Assembly (NCBI GenBank): GCA_028284145.1
Contig: JANQSH010000050.1
Coordinates: forward strand, 24,112 to 88,111
DNA from: Planctomycetaceae bacterium
GTDB lineage: Bacteria > Planctomycetota > Planctomycetia > Planctomycetales > Planctomycetaceae
DNA length: 64,000 nucleotides
Direction of reading: 5' to 3'
In this document: positions 16,663-25,352 of the stretch, piece by piece
How positions within the stretch are numbered: the first letter of the stretch is position 1
Layout of the letters: each line of letters starts with the position of its first letter
Notes under the pieces: model-generated
The model's database searches: none
What the model was told of the DNA's origin: nothing
Seen by the model: only the letters and a program-made list of their open reading frames with translations
Made by a program: the position numbers and the translations under genes

Positions 16663-16846
16663 CTCTCGTTCTTCTCCCTCACCCAGCAAAGCCGGCACAC
16701 CGGCAAAAAAGGGCTGAGCCGGACCATATTTCTCGCGCCGCACACCGTCGCACGGCTCTCACTTCATCTCAAATCAAAAAGGTCGACAAATCAGGCAGAC
16801 CAAACAGTCAGGTACAGCATGACTGATAAGATCGCAGTGAATGGAA

Positions 16847-16919
<73 letters not shown>

Positions 16920-17014
16920 GAAACCCTGCATTACCAACACGAATTCAAGCCGTCTTTCCCACGCCGAAAACCGGCGCGAGAACACCTGGACCTGAACTCG
17001 ATCTGGCAAAACAA

Positions 17015-17085
17015 AGCGGGCGATGGGAATCGAACCCACACCGCCAGCTTGGAAGGCTGGAGTTCTACCGTTGAACTACGCCCGC
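17015..17085 (-). tRNA. tRNA-Gly (anticodon TCC)
   Basis: Minus-strand cloverleaf. Acceptor GCGGGCG/CGCCCGC, anticodon stem CCAGC/GCTGG with loop CTTCCAA, T arm GTGGG-TTCGATT-CCCAT. Confidence 0.9.
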
Positions 17086-17208
17086 AGTATTTTCGCCAAC
17101 CGCACTCTCTGCGAACTCTTGGTCTCCCTATAAAAAAACCCGGCCCTCATCCCACAAATGCGACGGGAGCCGAATTGATTTCTCAATTGTTATTCGGGCA
17201 AATTGTAA

Positions 17209-17290
17209 TGGGGGAAGCAGGATTCGAACCTGCGAAGGCTGTGCCACCAGATTTACAGTCTGGCCCCTTTGGCCGCTCGGGAATTCCCCC
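17209..17290 (-). tRNA. tRNA-Tyr (anticodon GTA, long variable arm)
   Basis: Minus-strand cloverleaf. Acceptor GGGGGAA/TTCCCCC, anticodon stem CCAGA/TCTGG with loop CTGTAAA, a long extra arm (GGCACAGCCTTCGC region), T arm GCAGG-TTCGAAT-CCTGC. Confidence 0.88.
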
Positions 17291-17408
17291 CGCTGTTTGT
17301 TTCGGTCAAACTCATCTGCAAGACCGACACGTTCTGCGTCGAATCATACCTCCCTGGATATCGACGGGGGGTGTGGTCGAACACATCTCCAGCCCGACCA
17401 CATCCGGG

Positions 17409-17481
17409 AGCTAGCGGTGGGACTCGAACCCACAACCTCCGGTTTACAAAACCGGGGCTCTGCCAATTGAGCTACGCTAGC
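17409..17481 (-). tRNA. tRNA-Thr (anticodon TGT)
   Basis: Minus-strand cloverleaf. Acceptor GCTAGCG/CGCTAGC, D arm GCTC-AATTGGCA-GAGC, anticodon stem CCGGT/ACCGG with loop TTTGTAA, T arm GTGGG-TTCGAGT-CCCAC. Confidence 0.9.
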
Positions 17482-17508
17482 GCAGCTGCGCTAAACAACA
17501 AGCTGCTC

Positions 17509-17536
17509 AATATAGCATGGTCGCAATTCCTTGCAA
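17509..17536 (-). promoter_or_regulatory. Sigma-70-type promoter for the tRNA-tuf operon
   Basis: The minus strand reads TTGCAA (17536-17531), a 16-nt spacer, then TATATT (17514-17509). This is 28 nt upstream of the tRNA-Thr(TGT) 5' end. An A/T-rich stretch (CTTTTATTTGTG) lies immediately upstream, resembling an UP element. Confidence 0.5.
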
Positions 17537-17641
17537 GGCACAAATAAAAGATGATTTCAAGAAATCTTCAGCGGAAAAATCGAATTCCCGCCCACCGTAT
17601 TTGTTCTGGAATCGACACACCTGCTCATTCTCCGTTCGCCC

Positions 17642-17684
17642 AAAAAGCGAACCCTCCCCCACCAACCGGTTTGGCGAGAGAGGG
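17642..17684 (-). terminator. Intrinsic terminator-like hairpin downstream of the sigma factor gene
   Basis: The minus-strand RNA CCCUCUCUCGCCAAACC / GGUUGGUGGGGGAGGG forms a long GC-rich stem with several G-U pairs, followed by UUCGCUUUUU. It lies 77 nt after the stop at 17761 and upstream of the tRNA promoter. Confidence 0.45.
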
Positions 17685-17760
17685 CCGTTCAACTCTGGCT
17701 ACATGGAGGTATCGGTTTGAAACGGAACATCACACGCTGGACTGGCCTCACCCGCTCCCC

Positions 17761-19428
17761 CTAAACCCCGGGGATGTCGAGACTTTCCTCGCTGGCAATC
17801 TTCTTTAGTTTCTTCAATGCCCGAGATTCCAACTGCCGGATTCGCTCTTTCGTCACGCCGAAACGAGTTCCGACTTGCTCCAGTGTTTCCGGCTCTGATC
17901 CATCATCCAGACCATACCGATACCTGATGATCCGTTTTTCCCGATCATCCAACTGATCCAGAATCGAAATGATCGCCTGATGCTGTTTCTTGTTCTCCAG
18001 TTCCTGCTGGAACGGATTGGAACCCCGGTCCATCGATGCCTGGAACAGTTCATCCGCACCGGTCCGGAATCGGTCCAACTGCTTATGTTCCGCCGGAATG
18101 GAACGGGCAAAGTTCTTCATGATGGCCCAGCTTGCGTAGGTTGAGAACTTGTTTCCCTTCGAGTAATCGAATTTTTCGATCGCTCGAATGAGGGACATGT
18201 TCCCGTCGCTGACCATCTCAAAGAAGTTCGAGTTCGGTCGAATGTGACGCTTGGCAATCGAAACCACCAGCCGCAGATTGCTGCGCGTCAGGAAGTTCTT
18301 CACAGTCACCGCTTCATCCAGCAACCGTTCCAACACTTCCATGTCGTGTGTTTTCGGCCGATTCAAATCGAGCGAATCCCGCAACTGAGCCGCCTTGAAC
18401 TTGACGTAGTTCATCTTTCGGAAGTAGTACGCTTCCTCTTCCCTGGTGAGCAGCGGAATTTGATACAGGCTGGCCAGGTAAGGTGGCAATCCGGGCGGGA
18501 CCTTCACCTTGCGGGTTTGTTTTTCCCGCTCAGGTGGCGGCCCCAGAATCAATTCGTCTGCATTGTCGAGGTGGAACTCCTCGCTATCCATGTATTCAAT
18601 CGACTGATTGAATATCCGCTCGGCTCTCACTTCCGAAACGATTCGGTAAATGCTGGCCTTCGTGCGGCAGAAGCTGTTCGCCAACTCTTCGACCGAAACA
18701 CCGCGTCGATAGCTGCGGAAGATCTCCCGTTTCTGCTCATCCGACAGTTGAGTCGGAGCATTCGGAAAGACCGCGTTTTCGGGGTATTCGCTGTCAAAGT
18801 TCTTCAGCGTATAGCGGATTGTCTCGGGCGATCGATTCAGTTTTCGCGCCAGTCGTCGGGAAATATCCGACGGGCAACCACCGTAACGGGCCAGGCGTCG
18901 AGCGCGTCGGATGATGTCCAACCGCTCGTCCTCGGTCAATTGCGAGAACTTCTGGCCCCGCAATACATCGGTCGCGTTCTGCTTTACAAAACGATCGACG
19001 GACGATTGCAAAAAGCCGATTCGCTTTCGGTTACCGAATTTAAATCGTCGACTCACCAGGCCGCGATTACGCCAGCGATCGACCGTTTTGGTCGAGACGT
19101 TGTAACGTTGGCTGACATCCTGCACAGTCAGCACCGGCTCATTGATAGTTTCAACGGGAATGTTGGCACTGTCGGAGAGATCCTCGACAAAACGCCGCAG
19201 ATCGTGCGCCGCTTCCTCGCCCGTCAATTGGAGGTCCGGGTACATTTCTGAACGGTAATCGGTGATGGACTCACAAATGTCGGTGTAGCGATAGGTTTGA
19301 TCGCGATCGATGTCCGCCAGAAGTTTCTCAGCCTTTTCGATTTGATTCAGCCGAACCTCCCGCGGTGCATAACGGACCTGCTGATCCGTCAACTGCTTCA
19401 TAGCGGGATTGTGATAACGTGCCATCAT
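17761..19428 (-). CDS. RNA polymerase sigma-70 family factor with a ~315-aa HTH-rich N-terminal extension
   Basis: 555-aa ORF. ATG at 19428 is preceded by GAGGAG (19434-19439). Region 2 is [61 protein letters not shown]. Region 4 is [47 protein letters not shown]. Confidence 0.9.
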   Translation of the reverse strand: MMARYHNPAMKQLTDQQVRYAPREVRLNQIEKAEKLLADIDRDQTYRYTDICESITDYRSEMYPDLQLTGEEAAHDLRRFVEDLSDSANIPVETINEPVLTVQDVSQRYNVSTKTVDRWRNRGLVSRRFKFGNRKRIGFLQSSVDRFVKQNATDVLRGQKFSQLTEDERLDIIRRARRLARYGGCPSDISRRLARKLNRSPETIRYTLKNFDSEYPENAVFPNAPTQLSDEQKREIFRSYRRGVSVEELANSFCRTKASIYRIVSEVRAERIFNQSIEYMDSEEFHLDNADELILGPPPEREKQTRKVKVPPGLPPYLASLYQIPLLTREEEAYYFRKMNYVKFKAAQLRDSLDLNRPKTHDMEVLERLLDEAVTVKNFLTRSNLRLVVSIAKRHIRPNSNFFEMVSDGNMSLIRAIEKFDYSKGNKFSTYASWAIMKNFARSIPAEHKQLDRFRTGADELFQASMDRGSNPFQQELENKKQHQAIISILDQLDDREKRIIRYRYGLDDGSEPETLEQVGTRFGVTKERIRQLESRALKKLKKIASEESLDIPGV

Positions 19429-19844
19429 ATCGTCTCCTCACTCCGAGGATCACTGCGGAAACCAACCCTTCTCTCCGCGAGTACCGTGGAATTGTGGCGA
19501 TTCTTAACGTCGAGCCGCCAGCAACCCGCGAAAACAGTACCAGCCAGGCTCCATCGTCTGAGTACACCCGGCTGGTGCTTATTCCGTGTCAACTCAGGTT
19601 TTCTACCTGTAATACGTAGAATTGGACGCATGGTTTGAAAAAAAGTTCGTACGCGAACGATTTTACAGCAGAAACATAGCGCACAAAAATACACTTTCAT
19701 TGCTGGTCAAGTGTCGTAAGTCACTGTTATAATGTGGTTTAACGGTCTGACTGAATAGCAGGCGAGCTATTGGAGCAGTTTACTTTTTGGTGTGACGCCT
19801 TAACCAGTCAAGCCGCCACAGGACTACGGTGACAACGTCACCCC

Positions 19845-21122
19845 ATGTGGCACATGAGTGGAGTGGAGAGGGTAGTGTATACATTCCCGTGTGTTGATAC
19901 AGTATTCCATTCCGCGATAATGTATACTGACAACAATCTGAGAGGGATGGGATGGTCAGATACTTTGACACGGGGGGCGGGCGACTCGAACCACTGTTTG
20001 GGGAACTGGTTTGCAACGAACGTTGTTAGCGGAATAAAGTCATTCGGAGCTCAATTTGGATACTACGGTTACCGTGCTCTTTATCCGTTTGAGGAGGTGT
20101 TGCGTGAAACCGCCAGCGTCGGGAATCCGGTGCATTTGGTATTTGGCTCTAACAAGGGTTCACTCATCGAACATCATTTGGAATGGACGCTTGAGTTGAT
20201 CGATGGAACTCCAGACGCCAGTTTGACAGTGGTCGTTTATTCCAACGCCGAATTTCATCCCAAGACTGTTCACGTGAAGCGATCGGACGATTCACAGGTC
20301 GCTGTCGTCGGTTCTGCAAACTTGACGGAAGCCGGCATGGGCCTGAACGTGGAAGCAGGGCTTGAGGTGGATACGCAGTCGGGTGACGATGCAGGTGTTC
20401 TCAATGACATTGAAACCGCGATTCAAAGATGGGCGACCGTCAACGATTCCTGTGTGTTCCACATTTCGAGCAAGGCGGATATCACAGCCCTCAAAGCGGC
20501 AGGGCTGATAGGAGTTAGTCAACCTTCACCACCTCGCCCAGGAACGGGTGGATCAAGCGGAGGTGGAACTTCAGGGATCGGTTCTCGCACTCGGCTTTGG
20601 ATTCCCGGCAGCCGACCACCGTCAACTCCCGGCGGTGCCCCTAAGAAGAAAGTTGCGAAGAAGGCCGCGAAGAAGGCTCCGCCACCACCTGCACCAGCAT
20701 ACCCCACACGCTGGTTCAAGGAACTCAGGTCGTCAGATGCTCAACAGGTGCGGCCTGGTACGAACCCCACGGGTAAACTGAGGCTTGCACAAGCTGGACA
20801 TCCGATCGACCATCGCCGTTACTTCCGCTATCAGCTATTTGGAACTGCTGCATGGAACACGATCGTCCGTGCGGGCAACGATATTGATGTTGCTGACATC
20901 GAATTCGATGTCATCGTGAGGGGCCGCAGCCTCGGCAAGATGACTCTGACGGTTGATCATGCACCACACCGGGAGGCTGGCCAGAACAACGTACCATCGG
21001 TGCTTGCCTGGGGGCCGCTCAATCGCATACTCACCCGCACCTCACATGTCGGAGACTGGGTGGTGATTGATCGCGACGCGAGCGGCGAATTCAAACTCAC
21101 GATCCAATCCACCCGTCCGTAG
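19845..21122 (+). CDS. PLD-family (single HKD) restriction endonuclease fused to a B3-like DNA-binding domain (BfiI-like architecture)
   Basis: The N-terminal domain carries FHPKTVHVKRSDDSQVAVVGSANLTEAG (HxK...GSxN). A Pro/Gly/Lys-rich linker follows (SQPSPPRPG...GAPKKKVAKKAAKKAPPPPAP). The C-terminal ~130 aa, FKELRSSDAQ...KLRL...LAWGPLNRILTRTSHVGDWVVIDRDASGEFKLTI, fits the B3/EcoRII-N pseudobarrel pattern. The start is uncertain: in-frame ATGs are at 19845, 19854, ~19920 and ~19947. Confidence 0.75.
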   Translation: MWHMSGVERVVYTFPCVDTVFHSAIMYTDNNLRGMGWSDTLTRGAGDSNHCLGNWFATNVVSGIKSFGAQFGYYGYRALYPFEEVLRETASVGNPVHLVFGSNKGSLIEHHLEWTLELIDGTPDASLTVVVYSNAEFHPKTVHVKRSDDSQVAVVGSANLTEAGMGLNVEAGLEVDTQSGDDAGVLNDIETAIQRWATVNDSCVFHISSKADITALKAAGLIGVSQPSPPRPGTGGSSGGGTSGIGSRTRLWIPGSRPPSTPGGAPKKKVAKKAAKKAPPPPAPAYPTRWFKELRSSDAQQVRPGTNPTGKLRLAQAGHPIDHRRYFRYQLFGTAAWNTIVRAGNDIDVADIEFDVIVRGRSLGKMTLTVDHAPHREAGQNNVPSVLAWGPLNRILTRTSHVGDWVVIDRDASGEFKLTIQSTRP

Positions 21123-22736
21123 TCACCCAAAGAAACGGCGGTGTCTCAGCTTCACTCTTGCACTTTGCAAATCCGGAAGCAATTCTTCGTAGCCCGGCAA
21201 GAGAGTTGAAAGGTACTCATCTGTCGCGTTGATCAGTCTGTCCTTCGTGTCGAGCTGGCCTCCGGCGTTGCGACAAACCTTGTCCAGAGTTGGCAGGAAC
21301 ACGTCCATGCTCACCAGTGGAACTGAGACCCTGGCGATCTCAGATGGCACAAGTTCCAGGACGCCTCCGCCATACGTTCGGCCCTCTAATTCCGTTGTTA
21401 GAATCGTCAGCGAATTATGGAATCCAGCGACCAGGGAACGCATGAGAGAACCGAATGGACGCTTCATGCAGCCACGGTAAATCGTGTCAGTTGTATGCAC
21501 CTTCGCATTGTTCAAGATTAGCCGATGCGATTGATGTGCCCGTTTGGAAAGCATGAGGGCTCCCGCCCGGATGTCCGGCACTCGATACCAGGGATCTCTG
21601 ATCCGGCATTTGTACCTTCCGGGCAACTTCAATTCTTCCCCAAGCTGCAGGTAGCGTCGAGCACCCTCAAATGTCGTCGGATCGGGGCGGTTGTCAGAGA
21701 AGTCCAAAATCCACGCCTTCTTCTCCAGCTTCCGGGCAGCCTTGTGATCTGATTGATTGAAGACGATGCCTCGGCTTTCTGTTGTCTTTGCCAACAGGGG
21801 AACAGTCCAACGTTCCAGGTCGTATTCATCAACCGTTGCATCGTCGACAGTAAAGAAACTGTTTGCACCGGTAACGATGGAAACCCCGATCGTCGCGACG
21901 TCGCCCAGTTTGTGGATTTCCTGGAGGCTCCTGGCAGCTTCGACTGAACCAAGTTCTTTTCTGCTTAACAGATAGCGTGTCCAACCTTCCTTTGAATCGT
22001 CGATACAGTGCTTCCATTTTCGAGTCCCGGACTCGCTATGCTCAACGAACACGACCTGCCGCTGACTCTTTGTTGCCACATCTCGGCGACCACTTACGAC
22101 CATTACATCCTGGAGGATGTTCTCGAATGTACCTCGCGGGTACATGTCGATCTGCAAGTCCTCGAAGTGCCTGACGAATTCGGAGCGGATCAGCCCTGCT
22201 GACTTGATCGCGAGCAATTCGCTCGGAAGCACCAGGGCAAATGAGCCCTGGTGACGGAGAAGCTCAAGACTCATCAGCGTGAACGGAATCCACAGGTTGG
22301 AGACACCCGCAAGTGTCTTGCCACCCGCCGCGATCATTCGTTCAAGGTTTTCTCGTTCTTTTTTTGGGACAAATTGGTAACGCACGAAGGGAGGGTTGCC
22401 GACGACCACGTCAAACTCAGCGGCTCGATCCGTTGCCCAGGTAAAGAAGCTGGAATTGACCACATTGCCTTTCAAGCGATTTGAGGCCATTGCGTCGCGG
22501 CATTTGGCCGCTTCTTCTGGAAGTAGTTCAACGCACGTGAAACGGGATTTGCGAAATCGCTTTATCGAAGCAGACCGCAGGAATGCGCCATCGCCCGCAG
22601 AAGGTTCAAGAATAGAGATGGACGCACGCGTGTTCGTGAGGGAGTGGATGCGGTCAAGGCACGCATCAACAAGCTGTGGAGGTGTGTAGAAACCACCTCT
22701 GAGTTTGTCGGCTGAGACTTCTTCGATGAACTTCAC
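21123..22736 (-). CDS. N6-adenine DNA methyltransferase, gamma-class (Eco57I/TaqI-like) with C-terminal target-recognition domain
   Basis: 537-aa ORF with a GTG start at 22736. Motif X is GGFYTPPQLVDACLDRI, motif I is ILEPSAGDGAF, motif IV is VVGNPPFVRY. It is convergent with the PLD nuclease and their stop codons abut (21122/21123). Confidence 0.85.
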   Translation of the reverse strand: MKFIEEVSADKLRGGFYTPPQLVDACLDRIHSLTNTRASISILEPSAGDGAFLRSASIKRFRKSRFTCVELLPEEAAKCRDAMASNRLKGNVVNSSFFTWATDRAAEFDVVVGNPPFVRYQFVPKKERENLERMIAAGGKTLAGVSNLWIPFTLMSLELLRHQGSFALVLPSELLAIKSAGLIRSEFVRHFEDLQIDMYPRGTFENILQDVMVVSGRRDVATKSQRQVVFVEHSESGTRKWKHCIDDSKEGWTRYLLSRKELGSVEAARSLQEIHKLGDVATIGVSIVTGANSFFTVDDATVDEYDLERWTVPLLAKTTESRGIVFNQSDHKAARKLEKKAWILDFSDNRPDPTTFEGARRYLQLGEELKLPGRYKCRIRDPWYRVPDIRAGALMLSKRAHQSHRLILNNAKVHTTDTIYRGCMKRPFGSLMRSLVAGFHNSLTILTTELEGRTYGGGVLELVPSEIARVSVPLVSMDVFLPTLDKVCRNAGGQLDTKDRLINATDEYLSTLLPGYEELLPDLQSARVKLRHRRFFG

Positions 22737-22741
22737 AGGCG

Positions 22742-24730
22742 CTACGTTTTCTTATCCGGGAAAAATCTCGCCAATGTCTCCGCACTCGGAGGTTTCGTGA
22801 TGAGTGAAACCAGAACCAGAGCAGCGGTCGAACAGGTGATCATCGTTGCCACCGGCATCATCCCCAGGAAGGAGAAGTGCGGTTTGGCACCATAATTCGA
22901 TGCGTGGAACAACCATGCCCATGATCCGAACGCTGCCGCCACACACGCATAGGCTCCCGCTTTAGTCATTCGCTTCCAGTACAACGCGGCGAAGACCAAC
23001 GGAAACAGACTCGAAAAACCGCTGAAACACCAGACACCCAGCGTGAAGACCCGCCGCACGCCCATCAAGCTGAGGATGTACGTGACCAGCACAATCCCGA
23101 CCACAAACAACCGTGCCATGAGTACCGTCTGACGATCACTGAAGCGTTCCTTGCCAGCGTAATGTGTGACAATGTCATTGGTGAAGATCGAACCAATGCA
23201 GAGGAACTGACTGTCGAGTGACGACATGATCGCGGCGAGAATCCCAGCGGTCAGAAAACCGGCCAGAACCGGGTTCGTCAGATTCGTTACCATATATGCC
23301 AGCACGCCATTGGGGTTGAAGTGTGGTGGAATCAGAGGGGTGTTGGAATTGCCGACGGTCGCCGAAGTTGCCCAAACTCCAATCAGCACGCATGGCACCC
23401 AGACGATCATGATGAAGATCGGATGTGCCACGACCGGCAGTTTGAAACTGTTGGCTGATTTTGCCGTCAACCAGTGCTGGAACAAATGCGGGAACATGCC
23501 GACTGACAACGGCACGAAAATATACGTGAGGAACATCCAGGGATCGATTTCCCCAGGTGCTTCCGGTGCCCAACGCATGGCTCTGTAACGCCCCATCGCC
23601 TGCTTTCGTGTCATCTTCCCTTCGGTCTTTTTGTCAGGGTGGTCAATCTGATCTTTGAAATAGCCGAGGGCCTCCGCCTGCCAGTTTCCGCTCTTGGGGA
23701 ATTCCTTGAAACTTTTTTCGGCAGAGAGTTCACCTTTGACCACGCGGTCATCTTGCGCAATTTCCGCTTTGAGTTGTTCCTCGGCTGAGAGGGGGTTCAG
23801 CAGGCCGTTTTCGCTGGCGTATCTGGCCTCGGCTCGGCGTTTGCGGAATGCCGCCTGCCAGGGGGGAAACTTCATCGATTCCAGCGGTTTGTGTGCTTCT
23901 GTCAGTTGCTCGTCCGTCAGCTTGAGGTCGCCCTCGTCGACCATCCAGTTGTAAGCCGCCAATTTCCTCCAGATCTTCATCTGCTGTATATGGTCCGCCT
24001 CTTCCTGTTCTGTAACGGCTCGCATCATTTTACTGGGATGTTTTTCGACCACCTTTTCGCTGGCGGTTTGCAGTCCGCCGAGTTTGTCAGCGATGATCAG
24101 AAACGTCACCAGCCCGAGTGCCATGAAGACCAAAGTCTGAAAGGCGTTTGCCCAGGCCGTACCTCGCATGCCACCGAAGAAGACGTAAATCAATACGACG
24201 ACACAAATCACGAGCGAACCGAGCCATGGAGGAACGCCGTAATCCGACTCGGCAAACATGTTCGTGAAGGCGCCTTCGGTCACACTGCTGATCACAGTCC
24301 CGGACGCCATCACCCCGATGAGCAGGTAGGGAATCACCAGCCCGACGAGAATCGGGAACAGCAGGATGCCAATTTTGTCGCTTTCAAAGCGGTCGCGGAA
24401 AAATTGAATTTGCGTCACATAGCCATACTTCTGGCCAAGTTTCCACAACTTGACACCCAGCACAAAAAAGCAGAGCGAATGGATGATCCCGCTGGAGGAT
24501 GCGAGCATCCCGTAAACGCCGATGCCCTCTTTGTACGCTTCGCCACTGGAACCAACCAGCGCGAAGGCGGTCATGGTTGTGCCGAAAAGGGACATCAACA
24601 GCAGGAACGGGCCGATAGAGTGGCTCGCCAGCATATAGTCTTTGCTGGTCCCCTGGAACAGTCGGCTGGCAAGCACCCCCAATCCGAGCAACAACGCCAG
24701 GTAACAGCAGATGATAATCAGTTGAGTCAT
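22742..24730 (-). CDS. Sodium:solute symporter family (SSF) transporter with a large hydrophilic insertion
   Basis: 662-aa ORF. The N-terminus MTQLIIICCYLALLLGLGVLASRLFQGTSKDYMLASHSIGPFLLLMSLFGTTMTAFALVGSSGEAY is typical of SSF, and many TM segments follow. A charged segment of ~175 aa (aa ~222-397) interrupts the TM bundle. Confidence 0.85.
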   Translation of the reverse strand: MTQLIIICCYLALLLGLGVLASRLFQGTSKDYMLASHSIGPFLLLMSLFGTTMTAFALVGSSGEAYKEGIGVYGMLASSSGIIHSLCFFVLGVKLWKLGQKYGYVTQIQFFRDRFESDKIGILLFPILVGLVIPYLLIGVMASGTVISSVTEGAFTNMFAESDYGVPPWLGSLVICVVVLIYVFFGGMRGTAWANAFQTLVFMALGLVTFLIIADKLGGLQTASEKVVEKHPSKMMRAVTEQEEADHIQQMKIWRKLAAYNWMVDEGDLKLTDEQLTEAHKPLESMKFPPWQAAFRKRRAEARYASENGLLNPLSAEEQLKAEIAQDDRVVKGELSAEKSFKEFPKSGNWQAEALGYFKDQIDHPDKKTEGKMTRKQAMGRYRAMRWAPEAPGEIDPWMFLTYIFVPLSVGMFPHLFQHWLTAKSANSFKLPVVAHPIFIMIVWVPCVLIGVWATSATVGNSNTPLIPPHFNPNGVLAYMVTNLTNPVLAGFLTAGILAAIMSSLDSQFLCIGSIFTNDIVTHYAGKERFSDRQTVLMARLFVVGIVLVTYILSLMGVRRVFTLGVWCFSGFSSLFPLVFAALYWKRMTKAGAYACVAAAFGSWAWLFHASNYGAKPHFSFLGMMPVATMITCSTAALVLVSLITKPPSAETLARFFPDKKT

Positions 24731-24978
24731 GCGGAGGCCCCTCTTTCAGATTTCTCTGTTGAGGAGTTGGCAGCACTGTTCGCTGCAGGTTCTTCATCGA
24801 GCGGCCAGGCAAATTTCGTGGCGAGATACCAGGTGAAGCCCGCCGCCAGAGAAATGCAGGCATGATACAGCAGTCCAATCGGCATGAAGCCGAAGACCAG
24901 TGTGTTATCTTCCCAGAACCAGATATCCTGGTGGATGGTCAGGAGCAGGACAACCAGCCCCCATACAACGTATTTCAT
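24727..24978 (-). CDS. Small two-TM membrane protein (DUF3311-like SSF partner)
   Basis: The internal ATG at 24978 gives MKYVVWGLVVLLLTIHQDIWFWEDNTLVFGFMPIGLLYHACISLAAGFTWYLATKF..., 83 aa. Its stop overlaps the symporter start (ATGA, 24727-24730), the usual arrangement for DUF3311-SSF pairs. Confidence 0.7.
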   Translation of the reverse strand: MKYVVWGLVVLLLTIHQDIWFWEDNTLVFGFMPIGLLYHACISLAAGFTWYLATKFAWPLDEEPAANSAANSSTEKSERGASA

Positions 24979-25352
24979 GATCGGCGAACCCTTTGACGAA
25001 ATTACGAACGTTCTACAAACGTTCATTGCAATCCCGGCCCACTGCCGACGGACGACAGAACGTGATTCTCCCAAACGCATTGGGGGGGACCGGTTCAGGC
25101 TACCAAGAGGAGAACCGGTTTTCCACCGAATGGACATGGTTCATCAATGCCACATTTTGTTGTATTGCTCAAGCAATCTCTTCTCGAACATTTCCATGTC
25201 GGGGTTCCGGTTATAACGGTCATACCAAATGGCAGGGCTGCAAGTGATTACAATCGGACGAACGATTCCAATCCCCCCATGCGCACTTTCGCACATTCTC
25301 CCTGAAATCCGATGAATGGCAAAATGAAGCCAATTCGATTTTGGGGTAGATC

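Noticed and set aside
17049-17414. 121-aa plus ORF and the 16791-17039 / 17253-17435 minus ORFs
   Set aside because: They overlap the four hand-folded tRNA genes. The tRNA cloverleaves explain the sequence.
19701-19733. TATAAT (19728-19733) as the promoter of the PLD nuclease gene
   Set aside because: The best upstream -35-like hexamer (TTGCTG, 19700-19705) is 22 nt away, and no acceptable hexamer lies at 16-18 nt. The evidence is too weak to call.
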